A stretch of 64,000 nt of DNA, from the NCBI GenBank assembly GCA_030704615.1, contig CM060731.1, positions 10,912,001-10,976,000 of the forward strand, in the 5' to 3' direction. The notes beneath the pieces were generated by a model, which was not told the origin of the DNA, did no database searches, and saw only the letters and a list, made by a program, of their open reading frames with translations. Each line of letters begins with the position of its first letter. Within the stretch, counting starts at the first letter, position 1. Source of the DNA: Takakia lepidozioides. Lineage: Eukaryota > Plantae > Bryophyta. Positions 1 to 11,791 of the stretch are shown here, piece by piece. A program made the translations under genes and the position numbers.

Positions 1-15
1 GTCGGTCGGGCTGCT

Positions 16-640
16 TTGGGGGACATGCATCCCAACACTGGTGCACTGGTTCCTTTTGGTGAGGGGTCTTCTAATCCTGTTTTGGGCCACGATGAGGCCT
101 CCTCCGACGTGGACGAGGATTTTGAGGGTGACGATGGGTACATGGGCGACTCTGCTGACGAAGCAGACTGGGAAAACGAGGTGGTTGATATGGAGTGTGA
201 TGAGGAAATCTCGGCCGATTTTGTGGAGATGTTCAAGGCGAAGACGTGGGAAACCAACGCAGGCTCTGACTTTGTGAGTGATAGAGCTGCGCACAAAGAA
301 GTGGTGGCATCGTCTGTTTTTTTTTCTTATGGATACCACGCTAGTGAATGCGTATATCTTGCATTCTGCAATGGAGAGAAGGAGGGGGCGTCGGGCCATG
401 ACCCATCTACAATTCAATCTGGCTGTGACATATGGTTTGACATGGGGTTGCTGCACTGACAACATTGACACCACGGGGGATTCAGAATGCACGTTTGTGC
501 ATCAGTGCCTTCACACCACACGGCGACGAGTGTGTGTCATGTGCCATGTTCGTACTCACCATTACTGCCCTGGCTGCGATGGCAACCACTTGTGCCTTGG
601 GCGGTGTTGGAATGAGGCACACCGGCATGCCTTGAGGTGA
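16..640 (+). pseudogene. piggyBac transposase remnant: acidic N-terminus joined out of frame to the C-terminal end and cysteine-rich domain; DDD core deleted
   Basis: ORF 278-640 has KKWWHRLFFFLMDTTLVNAYIL (end of the PGBD core) and CVMC..HYCPGC.GNHLCLGRCWNEAH (CRD). ORF 16-459 begins with an acidic disordered tract. Confidence 0.8.
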
Positions 641-1828
641 CTGAATTCTGGCTTGTTGCACTATCTTCTTTCTTTGTCTGTGCATATGTTTGTGTGGGTG
701 GGGGTTCACCAAGGTGTGGGACTGCATGCAGGTATGCTGGAGGCTATGGATGGCGTGTGTGCGTGGGGCGTGGGGTGTGGGTATCTCTGATCTGTGGTGG
801 GTATGGGTTCTTCTCAGGTTGGGGGGTTGTGTGTGTCCATGTTGGTTGATGGGCAGTGGGGGTCATAGGGGGCTGGTGGTGACGGTTCAATGGCAGTGGA
901 GGGGTGTGGGGATCATGCTGCTGCTGGTTGATGGGCAGTTTTGGGAGTGGGGGGGTCATGGGGGTCTGCTGCTTGCTCATTGTGGGCTGTTTTGGTGATG
1001 GGGGAAGGGCTGGTGATGGTTCACAGGCTGTGGGGGTGAAGGGGATCTGCTGCTACTGGTTGAGGGGCTGTGGAGGTGATGGGGGTCCTTCAGTGTTGGC
1101 GTGCGTGCGTTGTGTTTGGGTGGTTTCACAGTTCTGGGGGGGGGGGCAGCAGTCATGCTTGCTGGTTGTGGTTTTGGGGGTGCTGCTTGCTACTTGGGAG
1201 AGCGGAAACTGTCTGCACACTGGGCAGATCGGGGGGTTCAACTCCCCCCCAGTTCGTGGATCATGTCTTCGGGGTGGTGTGTGGTTTGGGTTCGCTACAT
1301 TCAAAAGAAAAGCAGGAGCTCACGGGGAGCTTGAACACAGATGGGCCACATTCATGACGGTTGGTAGTTGTTAGTTTTTCAGTTGCCTGTCGGGTGGAAC
1401 TCCGAAACGTCGGGCGTTCCCGGGCCCTTTTTTGGGTGTCGATTTTGGGGTCCCCCGAGTTTTGTGTGTCAATCGGTGACGTAGCCCCCTTTCTGTAGCC
1501 GGAATTGTCTACCGGCTCAGGCAATACATTACCTGAGCTGGGATTCAAGTAGAAATACACCTACTTACAAATCTCTGCCTGCATTTTGGTTAGAATTCAG
1601 AAATTCTTTTTGGAGGTAGTAGGAAATCATAGGAGGAACAATTCCACCGTTGGAATTCTGGTTCCAATGAAAATTTTGACCCCTATGGCTGAATTACAGG
1701 TCAATTGAAGCAAATAGTGCTTTTTGACCCCCCTGTTTTCCCATACAAAGGAGCCCTATGCAGATTTTGGAATTGTGCTTTGCAAATTTGGGGCAAGTTG
1801 CTTTAGGTGCCTGAGAATGGTTGGGGTC

Positions 1829-1858
1829 TTGGACCGAAAAAATATTTTTTCGGTCCAA
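1829..1858. repeat. Perfect 30-bp palindrome
   Basis: TTGGACCGAAAAAATATTTTTTCGGTCCAA equals its own reverse complement. Confidence 0.95.
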
Positions 1859-2009
1859 CTGCCTGGTCAAACCAATTTTTCCCTCTAAAATTGGAATACA
1901 CTACAGATTTAGAGCTTACCATTTTGTTATTATCTTCCTAATGACACGGTGAAATGGGCTGAAAGTCTTACAGCAGGTGCATGAGGTAGGTAGCGTCCTT
2001 TTCATACGG

Positions 2010-2068
2010 TTCATCCCTGTGGATGTGAGGGTATGTGCTTCATCCCTGTGGATGTGAGGGTATGTGCT
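2010..2068. repeat. 29-bp perfect tandem duplication near the piggyBac end
   Basis: TTCATCCCTGTGGATGTGAGGGTATGTGC occurs twice in tandem. Confidence 0.95.
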
Positions 2069-2375
2069 GTTTTGGAGTGGGCCCACCAAAAACAGCCTCG
2101 TCCATTAGGGGTTAATGGTTTTTGTTGCTGTTAAACTTCACTCCAGTTGAACTATCATTTTTTGAAACCAAGATCCCTCCACATCTTGAAACAGACTTGA
2201 TCGATGCAAAACACCTTTCAAGACATGTCGAGGCATTCAGCTTGCAAGATCTTTCCGCAGTCTGGAAGTCGAGACCATAGGCCACTATAGATTGTAACTA
2301 ACTGTGACGGCAACTATGACCCGATGAATCTCATGGAAAATAAGGGGCTATGAGGGAAGTGTGGAAGCTAGTATG

Positions 2376-2920
2376 AAGGCTGCGCACCAAATGTTTGATA
2401 ATATGGCTCACAAAAATGTGGTCTCATGGAGTCGCAGGATATGCTCAGCATAGGTGTGGTATGGAAGCTTAGACGATACATGAGCGATTGATTCAGGAAG
2501 GGGTAGCACCCAATAGAGTCACATTCCTCGAGATTCTAAATGCCTGTGCCAGTATAGGAGTCTTGGGAGGGGAAAAAGATCCATGCTAACATCTTGAAAG
2601 CTGGAATTGAGCCAGATATCATTATGGAGAATACCCTTGTTGATAGGTATGCCAAATGTGGGAGTATAAAGGATGCACGTCAAGTGTTCAATAATATGAA
2701 TCGACCAGATCTGGTCTCATGGAATTACTCCATGATCGCAGGATATGCCATCCTAGGGATCCTCGAGGAGGGCAAAGCGGTCCATGCTGACCCAGTGAAA
2801 CCAACATCTATTAATCTGGAAACTGCCCTTGTCGATATGTAAGCTAAATGCGGGAGTGTAAAGGATACACGTCTAGTGTTCGACAGCATGGCTCGACAAG
2901 ATGTGGATTCATGGAGTGCT
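2376..2920 (+). pseudogene. PLS-class pentatricopeptide repeat (RNA-editing factor type) pseudogene fragment
   Basis: Motifs AAHQMFDNMAHKNVVSW..AGYAQH, APNRVTFLEILNACAS, NTLVDRYAKCGSIKDARQVFNNMNRPDLVSWN and ETALVDM*AKCGSVKD, with several frameshifts and an in-frame stop. Confidence 0.85.
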
Positions 2921-3740
2921 GCTACTGTGTCAGCCAAACACACAGGCCCTCCAGGTCGTTTTCCTTCTTTGATCTCGACACTAGATACACGGTGTCGCAC
3001 CCCAGGCTCCTCGAAGAACGACCTCAGCAGATTGAAGGACAATTGATGAGGGCTGACCCTACAGAGGGTCATGGTGAAGCGCCAGTCATACCCTGGAGGC
3101 GGGCTCTCTCTTCAGGAGCTACTGGATGGTGGCAAGAGTGGTACTGGAGTTGCTTCACGGTTCCTCAACTAAATCTGATCACTGGCTGTACCCCAGTGTA
3201 ATGACAGATGGCTCAATGGCCAGCCCCTCGCTGAACGTATAAACATCAACTCACCTCCCCCGGCTCTCCCATTACCAATGAGCCCACCTTCACAACCCTC
3301 ATCGAGTGGCCACGACGCTCCGGTGCTACAAACTGGGACCCTTCAAACTCTTGTTGCTGCTGTGCACATACTACAAAATGCTCTGAAGTCCCGCAAGGAA
3401 CCCAGGGCGTACCCTACGCAACTCATCAACCCTCCCCAGGCGCCCCACAACGATTCAGGGTACCAGTAGTTCAGGCACTTGCCTTCAGAATGGAAACCGC
3501 TGTACATGCCAGACTACCGCTTCTATCACACACTATGTTATCTGCAGATAATGTCTTGGATATTACTTTTGTGGAACCACCACCTTGTACAAAGCTCTCT
3601 GTTGATAAATTATTTCCTCAAAACTATCTGTTTGATGACTATACAGTGTGCCTCTTTCAAGCGTCCTATAGCAACTACTTTTGATTCCTTCTCTTACTAT
3701 ATGCCCTTTGTAGATCGCCCCTTGCACACTAATAACAGTA

Positions 3741-4150
3741 TATATGGACGATGACATTCTCCTGAGGTCTGGATGCAGGCCTTCCCGCTCATCTGCAGGT
3801 CCTTCAGATTGATGAATCGATTGATTCATTTAGCGATCAATCTGTGACTTGCAGCCAGTCTTCGACTAATTAAGCTAAGCTTAATGCCCTAAGTTGTAAG
3901 GAGGAATTCCCGAAAATACAAATCCACAGGTGACTTTCTAGTCTACCTTAGTCTTGCCTTCCACCTTGTAGCTTATCATGCATAATGGCAAAACCTACAG
4001 TATGTATGGACGACAGATATTCTCCTGAGGTCTGGATGCAGGCCTTCCCGCTCATCTGCAGGTTCATCTGAAGATAGATGAATCGATGGATTCATTTACC
4101 GATCAATCTGTGACTTGCAGCCAGTCTTCGACTATTCAAGCCTAAGCTTG
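3741..4150. repeat. Imperfect ~140-bp direct repeat (3741-3882 and ~4003-4150)
   Basis: Shared blocks ATTCTCCTGAGGTCTGGATGCAGGCCTTCCCGCTCATCTGCAGGT and CGATCAATCTGTGACTTGCAGCCAGTCTTCGACTA. Confidence 0.9.
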
Positions 4151-6889
4151 GTGCCCCCTAAGGCCTGCTTACTTGGCTGCTAACCCCCTACCTCGTTTCT
4201 CTTCTTAAAACCACTCATACTCACACTCCATACGCCGGGGCTCATCTTGCTAATTGACAAGTAGCCACCGCTACACCTGGTCACAAACGTGCACTTCTTC
4301 TGTGCGACCATGAACCTGCATGGAAAGACTCAAACAACAGCAAACAACGAGGGGAGGATCCGTCTCTTTAGGACTGGACGCCTCCACAACATTGACGTGG
4401 AAACAGCACAGGCGACAACGGGAGAGAGCACGCAAGATCACAACCATGCACACTTGCATGCATGCATTCGAGCGTGCTCTCTCTCGTTGTCACCCTGGTC
4501 ACTTTAGAAGGAGATGATACCTGACGACTGATCCTCTGCACCAGGGTATTACACGGCATCTCCACGTCTCAGGTCAATGGCAACTTGACGAAGCCAGCCA
4601 GATCCCATACACCTGAGCTCACTCTGAAGGGAGAAAAGGCTAGTCTGCAGCTAGAGTTCGTCGTGGACCACAGCAACCCATGAGACGAGCGCCGATGTCC
4701 GATAAAGCTACCAACTACCTACCTATCTGCAAAGCAATCGGAGTGATGTGACATGCAGGAGCCCAGAGCCATTTATCACCACGCAGGAGCACGCTAGGAA
4801 TCAAAAGCACGGCCTTCAATGACATCCAACCTTGAGCTCCAATTACAAGGCTACGGTACAATTGCATGCCGCAGAATTTTGGAGCAACACTGATCGAAGG
4901 TGACAAGAGTGTCGGTAGGTAGTTGGTACCGCCATAGACAGCAATCTCAACGCACTCTCTGCGAGCAATTCCAATCTCCACACCTGCCACACACTGCATG
5001 TTGTGCTCATCATATTCATCGTCTAGACTCTTACCTCTTTTTGTTTTATGCATTGATGAAGGGCCGCAAATCTTGTGATTCCTACAAAAACATTCCACAT
5101 TCTGTCATCTTATGCTCCCACACTTTCCTTTTTCCCAATGGCCCCATTGCCAGGTTTCCCTAACAGACCAGCCCAAATTGGTTTTCAATAGCAGCGGTAT
5201 CTGAGATTGTCCATGCAAAAACAATTTAAACCCTCACAAGGTGTGAGCAAAGCATTTGAGAGTGGGCCCGGTTGAAGTAAATAGGGAAGGAAAGAATTGA
5301 ATGCTCAGAAATGGAAGGGGCCCCTTGGCTCGAAATGTGTGCAACCCATGTGCAGCGCAGAAGCCCATTACTGTATTACTGTTTTACTCTCTTTTTATAT
5401 CGCTCCCCTACTTGTCTGTGGGTCCCAAACCCGATTTGCTGTGATCGGGCGACGAATACAATATTATTCTTCACATTTAATGTGACAGCACATAGTTCCA
5501 TCCAACATGGCTCATAAATGATTTGATGGAGGGAATACCCAAACAAGACTAGTAGGGGCGGTGAACCTCGAGAATTGCTAGGTAAAAGCCTCGGGGAGAA
5601 ATTTCAGGTGCGATTAGAAATCGGCCTTCTCCGAAACTGATGCCGAAGACTGTGGCATGTGCGGATGTGAATTGGCCAGGGAAATGTGGATTGGCCAAGT
5701 TTTCCACATTCCTGAATTAGCATCATCGGAAAAATAGGAACAGCAACTTCCTTTGAATGGTTTCGGAGGAACCCTTCGGAGAAAGCCGTAGTTCGCTAGA
5801 CACTCCTCGACTCCCCCAAAACATGAGGGGGTGGTTCGACCCTTCTAATCACCCCTCCTGAAATTAACAAATCAGCTGCCTTCCATGAGGCTGCGGATGA
5901 GAAAAAACCCAAATTCTGACAAGGTCCGGCAAAACCAGCCGCTTGGTGAAGGGACAAGGGACCTGGTTTTATGAAAGGAGCCATTCGATTCTTGAAAGGA
6001 GCTTCAAGAATATTCTATGCAAACCAATGAAGGGGCTTTGAAGGTGGGGATGATTCATTTGCGGAAGCTGGCCCTTCGCTTGTTTCTGTCTCTTGTCAGC
6101 TTTACTTACAATCTTTCCTTGTTGCTTTGGTATCCTCTGCACAGCCTAATGAGGCCCGGTACACTACGTGGCCCGCCGCCCACCCGCAGCCGCGCCCCCC
6201 TTAGTCGGGCGCCTCACATCCGCGCGGTCACCGCGACGACGGGCCCCACGCGGTCTGAAGTCCATTTTAGGTGTAAGTATTTTTGGGCATTGCATGCAGA
6301 GGTCAGAACAGTCTGCATAGAAGTTGTGGGTAGCAGTATGGTCATGCATGTCCCTGGATAACCTCCAAATTTTTTGTTTTTTAATGATAATTTTGTTACT
6401 TTAAAAAAAAATCTAAGTCCCACCGGAAATAGTTCGGGCGTCCTTCCATGTGGTCAAACCCTACCAAAAGATGATGTCATGATTGGGGTTTGAACATCCT
6501 CCGGGCACTTCTATGTGCAAGACCCAGACCCAAACCCTATCTGGGTCCGATCTCCCAACTCTCCATGAAAAGTTGAAAGTTAGGAGTTCGGTCCTGATCT
6601 TTGACTTTCATTTGCTATAGCAGGTTGGTTTTGGTGATCACCTGTGGAGCAGGTCTCTCTCTTGTGTGTGAAGCATGCGTGGATGTGTGTGGAGCACACG
6701 TGGAAGAAGGAAACTGGCAACACAACCAGCTCGTCTTGGGAGATGGGGAGGCTACATGGGAGCACCCGTCGTCAAGGGTCGGGCCATTGGTCAAACCCAT
6801 TCCAATGATGTTGTCATTGGAAGGGGTCGGGTCTACATGGAAAGGGGCTCTTACATGGTGGCTATACTTGGATGCCCATGTTCGTAAGT

Positions 6890-7420
6890 AGTCATACAGG
6901 AGAAATGTATGGTCAGGCATGAAAGTACATGAGGTGTCTTCATGCACAAGTCTTGAATAGTATGTACTATGATTATGTATGACAATGCATCATACTTCAA
7001 ATCATGTAGGTATGCTTTATCTTTAGGCATCAAATTCGTGAGGTCACGGGTTCAAATTACAATGAATGAAATGGTGAGTATGAATCTTCATATCTATACT
7101 AATATCATTCTTTTTATTTCCTTATTTGGCCCGTTACTGATTTGAATGCATTGTCATATCTATTAGCATAGTCATACATACATGAAGTCATGTCTCATTC
7201 ATGCACATTTCTTGAATGGCATATGTATGACAATGTATCAAACTTATTAGGTATTTACATGCATTATTAATATTTTATTTCCATGCATAGTATTCATGAG
7301 GTCGTGGGTTCAAATTACAATGAATGAGACGATGGGTATGAATCTTAATATCTCTACTAAAATATATTTTCTTGTTTTATTACTTGAAAAATAAAGAGTC
7401 AGTTGCATTGTCATACATGG
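6890..7420. repeat. Degenerate ~258-bp tandem duplication with a tRNA B-box-like motif
   Basis: TGAGGTC(AC/GT)GGGTTCAAATTACAATGAATGA..GTATGAATCTT.ATATCT.TACTAA at ~7039 and ~7297. Confidence 0.7.
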
Positions 7421-7914
7421 ACATCTTGTATTATTTTCATGCACAATCACATACAAGTCATAGGCGGACATATGGTATTGATATCTTAATGGGGTCAGTT
7501 ACATGGTCTATGAATATAATTCAGTTCAAACCCTCATGGTGCTATGACCTGACATACAGTAAAATGCAAATATTTATAGTTAATTTTTTTAAATATTATA
7601 CATATATTTGAGTTTAGGATAGTGTATTATAATAATGTAATAGTAGCGTAGTACAGTAGTGTTGTGGGTAGTTTGAATAGTTTGGGGATGGGGGTTGAGT
7701 TGGCATATTAGTGTATTGGTGTCTAGTGTCTACGTATTTCAGATAGCTTGATTGTAGGGGTGATGTAGTGGTTATATAGAATGATTTTTGTTTCACGACT
7801 TGGTACAACTCATTTTGAGTCATAACAGACATAAATGACTCTCCGACTTTGACTCATAAAAGACTAATACAACAGACACCCCTGTGGTATTGGACCCTCA
7901 TGCCGGAGGTCGAG

Positions 7915-8000
7915 GGGGGCTGCTATATCATGAGCGGCATGAGCATGAGCGGACCATTGTGTGTCCACGGAAATAGGGTTAGGAGGCACGGAAATAGGGC
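7915..8000. mobile_element. Putative terminus (TIR) of a DNA transposon related to the 17898-18567 element
   Basis: GGGGGCTGCTATATCATGAGC aligns with GAG(G/A)TTTACTATTTCATGAGC. Both are followed by CATGAGC repeats and CCRCGGAAWT / GGCACGRAAAT motifs. Confidence 0.55.
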
Positions 8001-8125
8001 CATGTGAAGTTGGAATGTGGCACCAGTGGACTCATCATAGCAATGAAATGCAACATTTTATTGCAAATTTTGTGGCAAGCCACATCTATACAAGTGTGTC
8101 TTAACTGTCATAGCCGGAATGGGCA

Positions 8126-9102
8126 CTACTCTCCTACACCCTCCGAGGAACTTGCCCCACCTTCCTCCTCATTCCCCTCATTCCCCTCATCCCCCTTATC
8201 CTCCGAGCTCTGAGATGCATCAGTTCCACTATGCCTCTCAAAAATTCCGTCCTCTCCTTGGGGGACTGTCCACCTCACCTCCTGGGAATCTTCTGCCTCT
8301 TCTCCCCCATTTTCCTCAGCAGAATCCAAGACAAATCTACGAGCCTGATGGGCTCTAATAGCTGTTGTGTCCTCCCTCATCTTCATTTTCTTGAGGCTTG
8401 CCTCGTCTAAAATCTGTTGTACACGACTAGGTTCGGAAGACCTCCTAATGGACACCGAAGCAAGCCGGGCAGCATAAGTAGGAAGGATGTAGTGCCTTTT
8501 TGGACTCGGCATGAAATCCCCCCTGGCAAAAAAGAACATGTTCCTCCTGCCCATGAACTGCGGTGTAGACGTCCCTCCTGTAGTACTTGGCATCCTGCAG
8601 TAAGAACAAATCCACTTTAAGATTGTCAATACCAGCAGAAGCAAAAAAGGGTCTTTCGATGAAATAAGAGAGCGAAGGGAGGTGTCTCACGAAATCAGGA
8701 GGCAATTTACAATGCGACCACTCACTCGTAAACCGGGGGCTCCTCGGCCTCGATCCCAACTTGTACCTCCCCCTCCTCCTTGTCGGATTCTTCCTCATCC
8801 TCCGAGGATGCCTCTTCCTCTTTCGGCAGACGTTCAGCCGCTGCAAGTTCGGAGTTGTGGAGGGCAGTATCTGGCTCGAAGGCGAAGACATGTCTGTCGG
8901 ACAACGTCCCTGCCCACATTGAGGCATCTGAGGGACAAAGCGGGCGGTTAGTAGCATGCGGCATGCAATTGCAATCGGGCCAAGGGACAAACTGTGCACG
9001 TGAAGGCTTACCTGTGCCGCATGTGAGGTCAAGAATCCGCCCTTGGACATCCGAGCACGTCTCCATGAGGGTTTGGATGAAAGCAAGGCTCCGGGTGTCT
9101 CG
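8126..9102 (-). pseudogene. 5'-truncated spliced gene resembling the SAM-binding half of a DNA amino-methyltransferase (N6/N4, beta-class-like) plus a long acidic tail; exons ~9102-9012, 8927-8726, 8594-8126
   Basis: Spliced translation RDTRSLAFIQTLMETCSDVQGRILDLTCGT|DASMWAGTLSDRHVFAFEPDTALHN... Intron 1 is GTAAGC..TACTAAC..CAG (84 nt) and intron 2 is GTGAGT..CTGCAG. The frame stays open to the stop at 8126. Confidence 0.62.
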
Positions 9103-11749
9103 ATTGCCCGAAATAAAGTTTTCTTGCAGTGTGGAGCAATTTTTAATAATTGTCCAATGGTAATTTGGGTCTTGGTCTGGCAGATTACTTCGGCCAATTC
9201 TGTTTCCGTGGTTGTATTCATGGTCTTCACCGTTGGTCTAATTTGCTTATCTGGAGTTGGCTCTCCAGAAGGTATATGGGTTCCTTCTTGCATTTGAGCT
9301 ATGGTTTTACTTACTTCCTGGTGTAAGCTCTTTTCCTCCTGTCATGTTGCACTTTCTGGATATTGTTTCCGTTCTTCTTTGATCTCCTTATTTGGAGGTT
9401 TCTGTTTCTTGGCCTGAGTTCAGGTTACCGCAAGAGTATCCACTACAGGGGTTGCCATACTTACGGCTACACTTGGTCCGGCTTCCATATTTTCCACTTC
9501 TGCCTCATGCTTGATTCGCAACTGACATTCATGTTTCCAGTGTCTCTCTTTCTTACAATAGTGGCATCTCGTGCTTTCTTTGTTTCTGGGTTGATGTTCC
9601 CTATCCCTTGGTGAATATTCATTTTGTGGCCTCTGATAACGATTACCCATGTTGTATCGTCTTGGTTCGTTCGATCCTCCCCGTCGGATTTGGACTTGGT
9701 GTACCCCCACCTCTCGTGTGTACCCAGTCTTCTTGGCCCGTTGGTTGTAAATACAATGGCTGGTATTATGATTGTTCATATGACAAATATCACAGTATTT
9801 GTCCTTCATATGGCATTCCGTTGCCAGGTGTCCTACAGTCCCGCATTTGTGACACCATGTTGCCTTTCGTGGCCCTTCATCTTTAAAATTCTTGATAGCC
9901 TCTGCTATCTTCTGATCCAAAGTGGTTTTGTCAATCACTTCTTTCTTCTTTTGCTTGGGCTTTTCTTCATCATCAGAGTCTTCTTCTTCCAAGAGATCCT
10001 TGGAATCTTTGCTTCTGCTCAGATGGAATCCCAATTCCAACTTCTTTGCAGTCCCTACTGCTTCATCCAAAGTGTTGTTAGGCATGACTGTAATCATGGT
10101 TACGTATTCAGGACGAAGTCCATTGATGAACCATGATTTTTGCAAATCATCCCCTGGTGCTTGAGGTAGTTTCCTGATCAGAGTTTTCATTCTCTCCAGG
10201 TAGTCGACTACCAATTCTTTCTTTTTCTATCTTAGGTTTAAACCACGTAGAGCAAGAGGGAGAACTTGATGCATAAGCACATGGTAGTCATGTGATTTTA
10301 ATTGCAGATTTCACACGTGGATTTGTTGGATCTATATCTTTTTTGTAACGCGGCTCTCATATCCGCCCAATTCGCAAAGTGATTAGTTGGGAAAGTCGCC
10401 AACCATTCAATGCCTTTCCGAGCCATTGAACAAGGAAATAGTCGGATCTTCTCTTGGTCTGTTGCTTCATTGTAAATGGTGCACATGTTTTCAAATTGAT
10501 TAAGATGGATATCTAGATCAGATTTCCCATCATATAAAGGAAATGGTGGTCTGGTTTTGCTTGCTGCTAAAGCCATCGGTGCAACTGGTGCTGCTGGTGC
10601 AACTGGTTGTCCAAACTGGGATGGTCCCACTGCTGCTGGCTGTGGTGGTGTTGGTGTTTGTCTTCCAAACAGTGATTCAAAGCTAGGAGGTCCTTGTCCC
10701 AATGATAGTCGTCTTCCAGCTGCTGTCCCTACTAAGCTTAATGAATCTTTAAAAGCTTTGAGTGCAGTTCTGGTTATCCTTTCTGGAGAAGTGCTTTCAC
10801 TTCTTTCACCTTCTTCACTCAAAATGTTCTCAAATCTTTCTTCTAATATTTCAGCAAAACCTCTATTTGGCTTGTTACTGTAGAAGGTCCTTCAGATCTT
10901 TCTTGTGGTAACCATTCACCAAGTACATTACTGGCAACTTCTTCTGGTGTAGTGTTCCCACTTCCCACCGATCCGATTTCCTGATCTTCTGGTTTATCAC
11001 TGTTTGATGTCTCACCTTGAATAATTTTCAAGTTCTGTAATTCTGGGAACTCTTCTCTTAACCGAGCCTCCCTTTCTGCAGCATATTTCTCTATTCGTTC
11101 AGCTCTATCTTGTTAAGCTTTTTCTTTAATTTCCTCATTCATTCCCACATCATATGTAGAATTCTTTTTTAGTACCCTTTAAAACAGTCTTGGTATGTCA
11201 GTAAAGAAAATTTATAGTGTCTCTACCCTTTCTTCAAGATTCATCCTATCTTGCAAGAATCTGTATTACGACTTAATTTTCTTTTTTACTGATTGATCAC
11301 CAAACTTTTTAATGGGCACAATAATACCATCTGTCTTTTTCAGTGTATCTGACTTGCAATAAGTCTTTGGGTATCCAGTACTCCACTGCTTCTATGATCG
11401 TGTGACAATATTCATAATTTGAACATCCTTCTCTGAAAATATAACTAGTGTAACAAACTTTTCTGATTGGGATTAGAGTAATCAATAGAGCTAGACGAGA
11501 CAACCACTCTTCACTTCTAATCCTACATTCCCAAGGTGCTCGTATAATATTGATCACTCCTCCCTTCAATCCCCATTTGTCATCTTCTTTCGCGATTGAC
11601 AGAAAGATTTTCTGTTGTATTGCTCTTGGTAAACCATGAAAATTTTCCAGGAATGTTTTCCATTCCTTTGCTTCTGTTGACTCGTTCTGTCGTGATTTCA
11701 AGAAATCACTGAGTAACCATCCTTCTTTGAGTACTCTTGAACTCAACAT
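9103..11749 (-). pseudogene. Ty3/gypsy gag, family A (degenerate), with a long N-terminal extension; truncated before the protease
   Basis: Retrotransposon gag motif FPLYDGKSDLDIHLNQFE..KIRLFPCSM..IEWL. Three CX2CX4HX4C knuckles (CHKCGTVGHLATEC, CDICHMNNHNTSHC, CHYCKKERHWKHEC). Pre-protease motif QITIGQLLKIAP. Stops and frameshifts throughout. Confidence 0.88.
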
Positions 11750-11757
11750 ACCGTTAG

Positions 11758-11789
11758 TCCCCAGTATGGTCGCCAAATGATGGTCGCCA
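11758..11789 (-). promoter_or_regulatory. Primer-binding site (probably tRNA-Arg), partly duplicated
   Basis: After the LTR end ...TTAACA the sequence reads TT TGGCGACCAT CA TT TGGCGACCATACTGGGGA. The 18-mer resembles the tRNA-Arg PBS type of Ogre/Tat elements. Confidence 0.8.
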
Positions 11790-11791
11790 AA

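Larger units (their letters stand above)
1..2115 (+). mobile_element. Internally deleted piggyBac-like DNA transposon (left end outside window)
   Basis: Transposase remnants at 16-640. Right end reads ...CCATTAGGGG|TTAA (GGGG 2108-2111, TTAA 2112-2115), the canonical piggyBac terminus and target. A perfect subterminal palindrome lies at 1829-1858. Confidence 0.72.

Noticed and set aside
3278-3469. Possible gag N-terminus (..KEPR..)
   Set aside because: Too short and no downstream gag motif.
4270-6150. Decayed coding-like sequence
   Set aside because: No recognisable motif in any frame.
7039-7330. tRNA genes at the GGTTCAAAT motifs (also ~27370 and ~39865)
   Set aside because: No cloverleaf or acceptor stem; at most SINE-like remnants.
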